A stretch of 64,000 bases of DNA from Octopus bimaculoides (GCF_001194135.2 NC_068981.1:163349073-163413072); one strand, 5' to 3'; counted from the first letter of the stretch, positions 12,260 through 22,869 are shown. Notes: generated by a model not told the origin, from the letters alone. Made by a program: numbers and translations.

Positions 12260-12425
12260 GATTGACAAACAGATAGATAGATAGATAGATGATTGACAGA
12301 CAGACAGATAGATAGATGATTGATAGATAGATAGATAGATGATTGACAGACAGACAGATAGATAGATGATAGATATATAGATAGATATATAGATAGATAG
12401 ATAAATAGATAGATAGATAGATATT
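12130..12425. repeat. Compound (GATA)n/(GACA)n microsatellite with a higher-order unit
   Basis: Directly visible; contains five TGATTGA(C/T) interruptions. Confidence 0.95.
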
Positions 12426-12677
12426 ACATCGATACATGTGTATGATTTTTCACAATGAAACATAGTTTCGTTAGACACGCTGGGAAGAGGGGAGTTGACC
12501 TAAAATGTAATAACAGAACTAAAAGGAATAAGCGAAAGTGGAGCAGTAAAGAGTTTCTGCACAATCGTTCGACCAGTGAGAAACGGCAATCAAAATCTCC
12601 CATGCATATTGTTTCCAACCATTAAAAAAAATGGGGGTGGGGAGAGACACACATCCAATAACATAGTACTACAAACA

Positions 12678-13010
12678 TAGGCGCAGTCGTGGTTGTGTGG
12701 TGAGAAGCTTGCTTCCCAACTCCATGATTCCCTTGGCCAAGGGTCTCTCCTATAGCCTCGGAAAAAATCACACGTATAGGTGTCATATCTATCTATCTAT
12801 CTATGTGTGTCTTTGTGTTTGTTTGTTCTTCGGTCATTGCTTGACAACCGGTGTTTGTGTTTACGTCCCCGTAACTTAGCGGTCGGCAAAAGAGATCGAT
12901 ACTAAGCTTTAAAAAAAAATCCTGGGGTTGGTTTGATCGACTAAAACCCTTCAAGGTGGCGCTACAGTATGGCCGCAGTCAAATGACTGAAAACGGTATA
13001 AAATACATAA
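12678..13010 (+). mobile_element. SINE family A with internal deletions
   Basis: Head ataggcgcagtcgtggttgtgtggtgag to tail ggccgcagtcaaatgactgaaa. Confidence 0.88.
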
Positions 13011-13042
13011 ATCAGCCCCCCCCCCCAGGTCGCGAATGTTTT

Positions 13043-13562
13043 TCCCACGAGAGTTCCGGACCCCAGTTATGAACTCATTTGCATACAGCCAATCAGAGCT
13101 CAACTATCAAACTAATTTATGAGCGCATAACAAGTGATGGGAGATAAGATATGGTCACTTATGGATAAAGAATGACCATGCTTCTTTTCCCTTTTAATAA
13201 TGCTTATTGTTCCTGTTCTTGTTTCAACCATGGCTGCCTCTGCGTAGTTATTTGTGCTGTTGTTTATTTTGTATAACAATAAGGGGAGAGGGTTGCTAGC
13301 ACATCACTATCTACCCACATTTTCCCCATACACATCTTTACCATATGCGGCCCTAACAAAATCCGATTATAGATATAGATGCAAATCTATCTAATCACTT
13401 GTCTCCGTCCAAAAATCAGGCATAACTTTGCGATCGGTCGACATCGTTCTTCGTCTTGAGTTTACTTGGTAGAGTGTGTTTATTAACTTGACAAGGTCAA
13501 AGTGAGCTCTGATTGACTGTATGCAAATGAGTTCATTACTGGGGTCCGGAACTATCGTGGGA
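13043..13562. repeat. 60-bp inverted repeat pair (13043-13102 / 13503-13562) with 400-bp spacer
   Basis: Arms are 57/60 complementary; no target-site duplication seen. Confidence 0.95.
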
Positions 13563-14029
13563 CTCCCCCTCCCCTCGGCCAAACGGCATGTTCACGGCGT
13601 GAGCAAAGAATTCATTGGTTTATTCGCCTGTTGGCTCAAGTGTTAAGCTAATCCTAAATAACAAATTTGAATTATGTGTCAGTTGCCAAACTCTTTATTG
13701 TATCCCATAGCAACAATACATAGCTTTTCAGAACGGTGTGTAACCTCACTAATTTTCGTTTCAAGCATGTTTCTTCAGACCTATTATCTATTCCTTTATC
13801 TGTCTACAAATGTGTGCATTGTAAAATAAATAAATAAATAAATAAAAAAATCGCGTCTCGTTTGTTGGAGAAGAAACCTTGTACGAAACACTGATAATTT
13901 TCTCCACAACGCTATTAAATCCGTCGGGACACAGAGGACATTTTATATAATCGATAAAGACACCATTGCTCTGTTACTATTATTTTCAAACATTTAAGAA
14001 ACGTATGTTTACATCGGTCCCAACAATTA

Positions 14030-14185
14030 TGGAGTGATCAACTGATGCTTATTTTCTCGACCCCGAAAGGATGAAAGGCAAATATCGACCTCGGCGATAT
14101 TTGAACCAAGAAGGTAAGGACGGGCGAAATACCGCTAGGCAATTTTACCCGGCGTGCTAACGTTTCTCTCAGCTCGACGTCTTGA
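14030..14185 (-). mobile_element. SINE family B (partial)
   Basis: tcgaccccgaaaggatgaaaggc...cctcggcgatatttgaac; tRNA-like head on the minus strand. Confidence 0.85.
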
Positions 14186-14689
14186 TAATACACACAGATG
14201 TTTCTATAATGAGTTGTGCATATCAAAATATGAACAGAATTAAAAGTGCGTCCTACATAAAACCTACATTTGAGTAGGTAAGTATAAATGAAAAATAACC
14301 AGTGGATTAACGGCAGAAGGTGCATGTCCATACACACAGACGCAAACACAAATGCTGCACAAAAACCTGTGCCCCTTACATCAGAACCAAGATAAAACAA
14401 AAATAGTTAACAGATACAATTAATATTAAAGTTATTGAATGCAAACAGAAAGACACACGCATACACATAGTTGCGATTCACTATATGTGACATTATGTAG
14501 TATAAATCTAAGACGCACTTGGAAATAGCAGCTAATATTTAGGAAGCCCACGCCTATGTGTATTCATTCAGCTGCTTGTAAAGCTATGTTGTTAGCGGTT
14601 TTTTATTGTTCTGTCGGTGAAAATCGAACGTAAAGTGATGTAGCTAAACACTTATCTACCACTACATTGGTTACGTCCTTTCATTAATA

Positions 14690-15268
14690 ATCCTTACTAC
14701 TAAACGCACAAGGCTAGGAATTTTGGGGGACGACACTAATCGATTATATCGACCCCCAGTGGTGGTGATGATGATGACTTGAAATTTTGACAGAAGGCCA
14801 GCAATTTCGGGAGATAGGATAAGTCGATTATACCCACCCCAGTGATCAACTGGTACTTATTTTAACGACGCCGAAAGGATGAAAGGCGAAGTCGACTTCG
14901 GTGGAATTTGAACTAAGAACGTAAAGACGGATGAAATGCCGCTAAGCATTTTGTCCAGAGTGCTAACGTTTCTGCCAACTCGTCGCTTTAATCACAATAA
15001 TGCTTTCTACTATAGGTCCAAAGCCTGAAATTTGTGGGGAGGGGGACTAGTCGATTGCATCGACCCCAGTGTTTCACTGGTACCTAATTTATCGACCGCG
15101 AAAGGATGAAAAGTAAAGTCAACCTCGGCGGAATTTGAACTCAGAACGTAGCAACGGGCGAAATACCGCTTAGCATTACGCCCGTCGCTACGTTCTGAGT
15201 TCAAATTCCGCCGAGGTCGCTAAGCACTTCGCTCGGCCGCTAAAGATTCTACCAGCTCGCCGCCTTAA
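14690..15268 (-). mobile_element. Cluster of at least 3 head-to-tail SINE family B copies, one with an internal fold-back
   Basis: Repeated gtcgattatatcgacccc / gaaaggatgaaagg / ggaatttgaactcagaacg units. Minus-strand head aaggcggcgagctgg...gagttcaaattccgcc. Confidence 0.9.
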
Positions 15269-15780
15269 TAATAATTTCTTTTATTAGCCACAGGGGCATA
15301 GATAAAGGGGACATCACAAGGACAGACAACAATTTGTGTGCGGATTTACATAAAGGATGTGGAAAAGATGGTGAAATGTGATTAGAGTGTACATAATATA
15401 CAAAGTATGTAATAATATGAATAACGCAGTCCTCTTGAAATAGGAGAAACTCCAGCTCGGGCCAATCAAGGAACCTCACAGATCCAGGATTACCCTGATC
15501 ACCAAAGGTACGAGCCCTTTCTCTTGCTCTCCAATCTACAGGAGCATACTTAGAGGAGGACCATTCACTCTAACCGTTTTTGCCCCAGTCATCCATCTTT
15601 TCACAAATTCAATTGAAGGTAGCGCTTCCCTCTCTATCCTCACTTTCCTTTCCAAGTGGAACTTCAAAAAGTCAATGAGAGCCTGACCGAAGAAGATGGT
15701 GTCTTTCTCCAATCCTTGGGTCCCCAATCCTTTCGGCTTCATCCATGAACCACAAAACCTCTTTCGCCATCCCTGTGCCT
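15268..15780 (-). mobile_element. 5'-truncated Tx1/L1-clade LINE (ORF2 C-terminus plus 3' UTR)
   Basis: Frameshifted AKEVLWF...QALIDFLKFHLERKVRIEREALPSIEFVKRW resembles the C-terminal region of Tx1-type ORF2. The 3' end finishes in aataaagaa(att)n. Confidence 0.7.
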
Positions 15781-15784
15781 ATAG

Positions 15785-16160
15785 TCACAACTATAGGTAC
15801 GTGGCTTGAAATTTCGAATGGGGGGAGGAGCTAGTCGATTGCAACGATTCCCTAGTGTTCAACTGGTGGAGCTTGAAAAAAGATGAAAGAAAGTCAACCT
15901 CGTCGGAAATTGATCTGAGAATGTAAGGAAAACGGAAGAAACGCCGCTTAGTGGTAACGATAATAATCGTTTCTAATATAGGCACAAGACTAGAAATTTA
16001 GAGTTCCCGCGGTACAATCAATTAAATCAATCTCAATACTCGACAAAAAATTTTTTTTTATCAATTTTGAAAGAATGAAAGGCAAAGTTGACCGCAGTGA
16101 GATTTGAACTTGAACCATAAAGAGAGAAGAAATTCAAAGAATGTTGTCTAACGATAACTT
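15785..16160 (-). mobile_element. Two further SINE family B copies
   Basis: Same diagnostic motifs, more decayed. Confidence 0.8.
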
Positions 16161-18032
16161 CTTTGGTCCAGACACGAGGCTTTTTTTTTATATATTCAGG
16201 TGATGGTGGGAGTCGGTCGATAAAATGGGTTCCATATAAAGGCGTGCAATAAAAGAGCTACAATGGACAGACATATGTTCTATACATAGAACACTAGAAT
16301 CAAATCAATCAAATCGATTGACCGACTGAGCGATCAATCAATCGAATGACTTGAACAAAAGAACACGATGACAATTACAAATATTCGATTCTTGTTAGTT
16401 TTGCGTATAAGACTATTGACTGAGCTCACAGCTGTTTGGCCGAATCCAGGTAGGTGCCCACTAAGAGGATGAGAGTAAAAGTGGTGGTGGTGGGGAAATA
16501 TTTGCGAACCAGTGGGATACGATACTAGTTTATCAATAAATAACTTGTCTTGCTACCTTATTAAGCGAATGATAACCACACTAAAATAGGAGGAAAGAAA
16601 CTTGATTTAAATACCCAATTTGAAAGAAAATTAGCCTTTACTATCAAGAGTGATAGGTAATACAGTCACCTGGTATGACAAGGTGTAATGGTTCGAGTCC
16701 CGGCACTACAGTAGTTTTTTTTTTTTTTTCCCTTTATCTCAAAGTTGTGCTTCTAATATCTAATATCATTTTACATTCTGTACCACAGCAGTTAAATTCA
16801 TTCACAAATGACCGACTTTGTCAGCATACAATAAGTAAACACAGAAATCCCGCCCACCACCTTGTTCATTCTTTTGTTTCAACAAATACTGGAACAAAAT
16901 GATTTAGCTCTGATAGACGCAACGGAGAAATGCTTTTTTTTTTTTTTTACCAACTAAATTTTTCTTACGACTACTAAACATCTGGGATTTCTTTCTATAT
17001 CGTTAATAAATTAAAATAAGAAAAACGTAGAATAAAATAATCCTTAGCCAGAGCTACATAACAAATCTGGGATAAGATGTTTCATTTTCCATAGCTCAGG
17101 ACAGTTAGATATTAAAGTAAAACCGAATTAAGCAAAATTAATTGACCTTCGCAGTGAAAAGGAAAAAATTGGTCCGCAACGAGGTATTAACTAAAGAAAA
17201 ACGACAAAGAAACCACACGAATGATTTTTACCTCAAACTAGTTTTAAATATAAAATGAAATTTAACAGTAATAATAATAACGATTAGGCGTTGGGACCCT
17301 GTGACATACTTTGGACGTTCAGTAATAATCAATCTTTTGAATTAACTGCAATGTTTAATTGGTACATATTTTAACAAGGCGTCATCACGAGAGGAACCGA
17401 ACTATGAAGTAAGTTAAAAAAGAAAAAAAAAAGAGGATTAGGCGGGCGAAAGCTAAGTTGAGGGGCGAATATAATACTGATTTTCTGGGGATAATTTTAT
17501 CGAGGCACAAAAAAAAAAGGAGAGAAAGATGAAAAATAAAAGAAAATATAATGAGCGTAATGCGAGGAATTTGCCGGAAATAGAGCTCTAAATCGTAGCC
17601 AGTGTAAAATTGGTAATATTATTGTTGATACAATACAAAGAAAAGAATACTGTAACACACACACACACACACCAGGATTTCAAATTCAATCAAGCTACAC
17701 CGCATTGCAACTCTTCATTCTACAATTTCATTTCATTTACACAACTACTCCCCACCCCCTCTACAAAGAAACACACACACACACACATAATCACGCACAT
17801 TTCTCTGAAAAAATGTTCAGCCACTGAAGCCGTTCTATGGTCTATCTATACATGATATATCGCACACACACACACATATATATATATATGTGTGTGTGTG
17901 TGATGTAAGGTACAAAGAAATTTTTATAACATACATATTATACACAAATAAGATTACATTATTTCACATTTTAAACAAGAAAAAAAAAAATTCTTTCGAA
18001 GCATAAAAATGTAACTTTCAAAATAACCTTAC

Positions 18033-18106
18033 CTGTTTTTTCCTTGATTTCGCATAAAACACTGAATAAAGCAGGTTTCATACGATGACAGTTTAGCGTG
18101 TGTTTC
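18033..18106 (-). CDS. exd: Internal coding exon (exon 2) of extradenticle/Pbx TALE homeobox gene, PBC-A domain
   Basis: Minus strand reads tcctctctttttttttccAG|G AAA CAC ACG CTA AAC TGT CAT CGT ATG AAA CCT GCT TTA TTC AGT GTT TTA TGC GAA ATC AAG GAA AAA ACA G|GTaagg = (R)[24 protein letters not shown]. This matches the Exd/PBX PBC-A motif, with canonical splice sites. The 74-nt length and phase 2/phase 1 boundaries match vertebrate PBX exon 2 as I recall it. Confidence 0.97.
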
Positions 18107-18413
18107 CTGGAAAAAAAAAGAGAGGACTAGAGTTATTAAAAAGAAGGGAAAAAAAAAGAAAAGATATTGTATAACAGATTAACAGCAACACAATTCACGC
18201 TATATACAAAATAAAGGGGAAAAACAATCTCAATAAAGTTAAAACAACTGGATACATACAATGTTAAAATTTATCGCATGCAGCAAAAATATTTATTTAT
18301 TTCTGTTGGCGTATACTGTAATAATTAAGTTTTAAGTTTATGTTGTTTGTGCACTTACATGTATTGTTTTTGTGCGTGACAGAGATGTACGTGTGTGCAA
18401 CCGCGTCTGTGCG

Positions 18414-18451
<38 letters not shown>

Positions 18452-18692
18452 NNNNNNNNNNNNNNNNNNNNNNNNNNNNNNNNNNNNNNNNNNNNNNNNN
18501 NNNNNNNNNNNNNNNNNNNNNNNNNNNNNNNNNNNNNNNNNNNNNNNNNNNNNNNNNNNNNNNNNNNNNNNNNNNNNNNNNNNNNNNNNNNNNNNNNNNN
18601 NNNNNNNNNNNNNNNNNNNNNNNNNNNNNNNNNNNNNNNNNNNNNNNNNNNNNNNNNNNNNNNNNNNNNNNNNNNNNNNNNNNNNNNNNNNN
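18452..18692. other. Assembly gap (241 N); other gaps at 3623-3967, 20106-20451, 33249-33258, 39611-39889, 41511-41837, 42232-42886, 48578-48587, 56924-57023, 61856-61865
   Basis: N runs; most abut (AT)n microsatellites. Confidence 0.99.
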
Positions 18693-18830
18693 AGGGTAGA
18701 AGAGCCGAAGAAGGATCCGTGAATATCTGAGGGTCACCTCAACCCGTCGAACGGTTCCAAATGCAGTCTGGTTCCCTGTTTCGTAGATTTGTCTCTCAGA
18801 GGCCCTTTATATATAAGCACGCATATATAA
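18693..18830 (-). promoter_or_regulatory. Putative Pbx core promoter and 5'UTR start
   Basis: Minus-strand TATATAAAGGG (plus 18803-18813) is followed by about 110 nt of unique, CpG-containing, ATG-free sequence running into the N gap. (GA)n/(GT)n tracts lie upstream. Inferred from position only. Confidence 0.45.
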
Positions 18831-18929
18831 TATCGACACACACACACACACAGGCATAAATAGCACAATAAATTTCTGACTATAATTGATATTGAGATTT
18901 TATATCAGTAAATGTTTATTTATCACTAA

Positions 18930-18932
<3 letters not shown>

Positions 18933-18971
<39 letters not shown>

Positions 18972-18972
18972 A

Positions 18973-19008
<36 letters not shown>
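18933..19008. repeat. (CT)n(CA)n microsatellite upstream of the putative Pbx promoter
   Basis: Directly visible. Confidence 0.95.
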
Positions 19009-19010
<2 letters not shown>

Positions 19011-20547
19011 AGCAGGGCAGTCTCGGCCGAGGGATTTTTCAATTATCCAGACTCTGAACATAAGACATCTAATTAAGCGGAAATCAAAAAGTCCAAAGAT
19101 TATATTTGCAAGGAGGTGCTTACTCCGGACCTGTGGGTGGGGATATATACGCTGTATTGATTAAAAAAAAAATACCCGCGGAATGTAATACGCGTGGGTG
19201 TAAAACACACAAACTAACCTATTCCGACACGCACAAAGGAAAAAAAATATTTATAAAGACCGACACGGTAGGTTTGAGTGGGTGTGTAAGCATAAAAGAA
19301 ATCATTCAGTTACAGGGATTCGTTAGAATTTTGGTATTTGAACATACAGGACGGCGAAAAGGGGTCGAGTCCCACACATACGTACACGTATCATACATAC
19401 ACATGTAGCCATATACGTGTATTCGAATATATATATATATATATACACATAGCTTTCCGATCCAATGCAAGTTATGGGTCCAATATAGGGATGTTTCCAC
19501 GTGTGATATTTGTATAATAGAACACGAATTTATATATATATATATAAGGATTAAGAAACTATCTACAGAGTGATTCATAGCTTCGTACGAATAAACAAGC
19601 TATAAATGTAATTAATGATTATGCCCTGTGTGTAGCTGTGTGATTAGGTTATGTATTACTGACTTCACGAGATTTTTGAATGCCAAACAATAATATACTA
19701 TTTGAGAGACTCGTTTAGTCAGATCCACAACAAACGTGCGTGTGTGTGTTTGTGTATGAAATATGCACATGAACATGTATATATATGCTTGTGTATGTTC
19801 ATACACGCACGCACTCAGGTACGTGTATGCACGCACGCCCAGACACACACACATAAATATATATACACACATATTTCTATAAGCAAATATATACATGCAT
19901 ACATATACATCTGTATATGCGAACATTTATACATGTGTATGTAAATAGGCATATGTGTCTGTCTATATATATATATATATATATATATGACTGTAAAAAG
20001 GATTTAGATAATCCTATCAGGTGGTGCTATCAAGTTAGACATAGCCTGGACCAATCTTTGGTCGAAACGTATCTAAGTTTATATATATATATATATATAT
20101 ATATANNNNNNNNNNNNNNNNNNNNNNNNNNNNNNNNNNNNNNNNNNNNNNNNNNNNNNNNNNNNNNNNNNNNNNNNNNNNNNNNNNNNNNNNNNNNNNN
20201 NNNNNNNNNNNNNNNNNNNNNNNNNNNNNNNNNNNNNNNNNNNNNNNNNNNNNNNNNNNNNNNNNNNNNNNNNNNNNNNNNNNNNNNNNNNNNNNNNNNN
20301 NNNNNNNNNNNNNNNNNNNNNNNNNNNNNNNNNNNNNNNNNNNNNNNNNNNNNNNNNNNNNNNNNNNNNNNNNNNNNNNNNNNNNNNNNNNNNNNNNNNN
20401 NNNNNNNNNNNNNNNNNNNNNNNNNNNNNNNNNNNNNNNNNNNNNNNNNNNTATATATATATATATATGGAGAGAGAGAGAGATATGCACAGATACACAC
20501 ACACACATATATATATATATACATGCATACACCGACTTCCCAGACAT

Positions 20548-20800
20548 TATGGTCCGAAACCTCATGTAATCTGCACTAATTTATGAGCAGGAACTTCAAA
20601 TTCCCATGGCCGCCAGACAAGTTTATTAGGCGGCCCTGTTTCCCTGTACGTTGTACAGTACACCAGTATTAATAAACTTTTATCATTTATACTAATGTAC
20701 AGATTACCTGTACATTACAAATAAATTCAATATTTGTTTCAGTCAGAGGGGACCAACACATTGCTTCGGAAAAAATCAGTGAAGGCTTTGGAACCACAAA
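20548..20800. mobile_element. Possible hAT-like MITE
   Basis: Imperfect ends tggtccgaaacc / ggctttggaacca and an internal ggccgcc...ggcggcc hairpin. Confidence 0.3.
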
Positions 20801-20862
20801 GGTTCCGAAAAATCGATGTTGTACTTGTATATACATACATATATGTGGGATAGCTGAGTATA

Positions 20863-21411
20863 CAGGGTGGCCCAAAAGTAAGTTTACGGTTATTCAACTG
20901 TCTCTTTCGCATTCATATATTAACAGTTTGGAACTGTTCTTTCAGCAAGATGGAGCACCTCCACGTTATGCGTTGACGGTAAGGCAATAATACCTTAACC
21001 AAGCCTTATCACGACGTTGGTTTGGAAGACGGGGCAGCATCGAATGGCCACCACGTTCACCTGACCCAACACAAATGAATTTCTTTTTTCGGGGGTATTG
21101 TAAAGAACAAGGTTTATGAGAAGAATCCCAAAACAGTAAGTGAATTAAAAGATAACATTTCTGACGCATTCACTGGAATTGATGGAGATCGGAACTTGTG
21201 CCACACTGCGTGTCAGTGTTCTGAAGAGGTTTGAAGAATGTTGCAATGTTGAAGGAGGGCATTTTGAGGATCTGAGAGATTAAACATTGTCTGTTTAAGA
21301 TGTGCATAAACAATATGATTGTAAGATAGAAATTTAAATGTAATAAAATGTTTTTAAAAGAAATTTAAAGTGCCTACGTGATAACCATAAACCTACTCTT
21401 GGGCCACCTTG
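20863..21411 (+). mobile_element. Tc1/mariner deletion derivative (transposase C-terminus)
   Basis: TIRs cagggtggcccaaaagta / tactcttgggccaccttg with TA flanks. Remnant FQQDGAPP...EWPPRSPD...VKNKVYEKNPKTVSELK...GGHFE. Confidence 0.92.
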
Positions 21412-21429
21412 TATAATTTATATATTCTT

Positions 21430-21720
21430 ACGTTCGTTTCAGTTATTGAACTGTGATCATGCTGACACCGCCTTGATAGACTGTAGTTATGCTGGGGGGG
21501 GGGTCTTGTTGAGCAAATCGATCCCAGCACTTATTCTATCGGTGTGCATAAACAAACCGTATACACAGATATGTATACAAGTCTACCAAATCCACTCACA
21601 AAGCTTTGATCAGCCCAAAGCTATAGTAGAAAATACCTGTCCAAGGTGCTACGCAGTGGGACTTGAACTCCGAAACATGTGGTCAGGAAGCAAACTTACC
21701 ACACAGCCACGGCTGCGCCT
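21430..21720 (-). mobile_element. SINE family A (internally deleted)
   Basis: ctaccaaatccactcacaaagc...gctacgcagtgggacttgaac...ccacacagccacggctgcgcct. Confidence 0.85.
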
Positions 21721-22315
21721 ACACACACACACATTCGTGCGAACGCACACGCTAGTATACTGGTGATGTCCAGTAATGGAAATGTTTGTTATGAACTAGG
21801 GTTCGCAGACAGTTTAAACCACCCACTACTGTAAAGTGAAAAGTAGCACTCTACCTGCGTATTCCACACATAGTGACGTCGTGTGTACTGTTTACTTATT
21901 CGATATAACAATTATCAAAATAAATAATGCGCCTAACATGAAAGGATAATGACTTTTAAAAAATTATAGACAGGAAAAAATAATTAGAAAAGAAAATCAA
22001 GCAAATTAGTGTAAATAATATTGAACTATGCGGAGTGAAGCGTGTGATTCTGTGTATGTTGCACACATTGCATGATGTTTGTGTGAGTACTATTCGATTG
22101 GTTTGAATGTACATGTGTGTGTGCGTGCGTGCGTGCGTACTGTTGAACTGATACAAGTCAATTTAGAGAGACAAATACACGCAAAACCAAAAAGAGATAC
22201 ACGTGTTACTGACACTCTACACAAACACACACACACATATCTGTGTGTGTATGTATGTAAACACACACATATATACACACTACGCACACACAAAAGATAT
22301 ATAGATACATATGTA

Positions 22316-22860
22316 CATAGCGTGCCACCAAAAAGATGTTAACATCTGATTACTCAATTTTCATTTCTTTGTAGATTTACTAATTAGAAATAATGAAATA
22401 AGCCAGACTAGGCTTTGAACGAAGGCAATTTTATCCTAAAATGTTTACTGGAAGTTTGAAAATGCAGTCAAAGCACAAAGACAGTTTAGGAGGGAAGTTC
22501 CACCTTCATGACTTGAATTAGAGATAAATTTGAAGCAAGATGGAAATGTTCCAGAAGACACTCTGCAAGAAAGGATACTAAAAAAGAAGTATAGCCAGTG
22601 TTCAAAGAAATCTGTGCTGTCAAGTAAGTTGTGAGATAAGAACCTCAAAATCAAGGATTGATTGCATTTTGAAACATTGTCATTATGTTTCATTCCAAAT
22701 AATGCATGCACTCAAATATGACGATCCAGACCAAAGAGTAGAGTTTTGTAAATGGTACTTGGCAAAATGTGTAGAAGACATGCACTTTCCAACAAGGATT
22801 GCTTAGAGTGATGAGGCTACATTTGAATTAAATAACACAGTTAACTGCCACAATTGCACT
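22316..22860 (+). mobile_element. Tc1/mariner fragment (transposase N-terminal half)
   Basis: Remnant YWKFENAVKAQRQFRRE...DDPDQRVEFCKW...SDEATFELNNTVNCHNC. Confidence 0.85.
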
Positions 22861-22869
22861 TCCCAGTAA

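Larger units (their letters stand above)
1..18032 (-). other. exd: Pbx/exd intron 2 (continues beyond window start or into a gap)
   Basis: Starts at the GTAAGG donor (18032). I found no exon-3 sequence (VLSIR...PQLMRLDNML) in 1-18032. Confidence 0.8.

Noticed and set aside
13043-13640. Histone or snRNA gene suggested by octamer plus CCAAT motifs; ORF 13391-13582
   Set aside because: No histone ORF and no U1/U2/U4/U5/U6-like sequence nearby; the ORF has no recognisable features.
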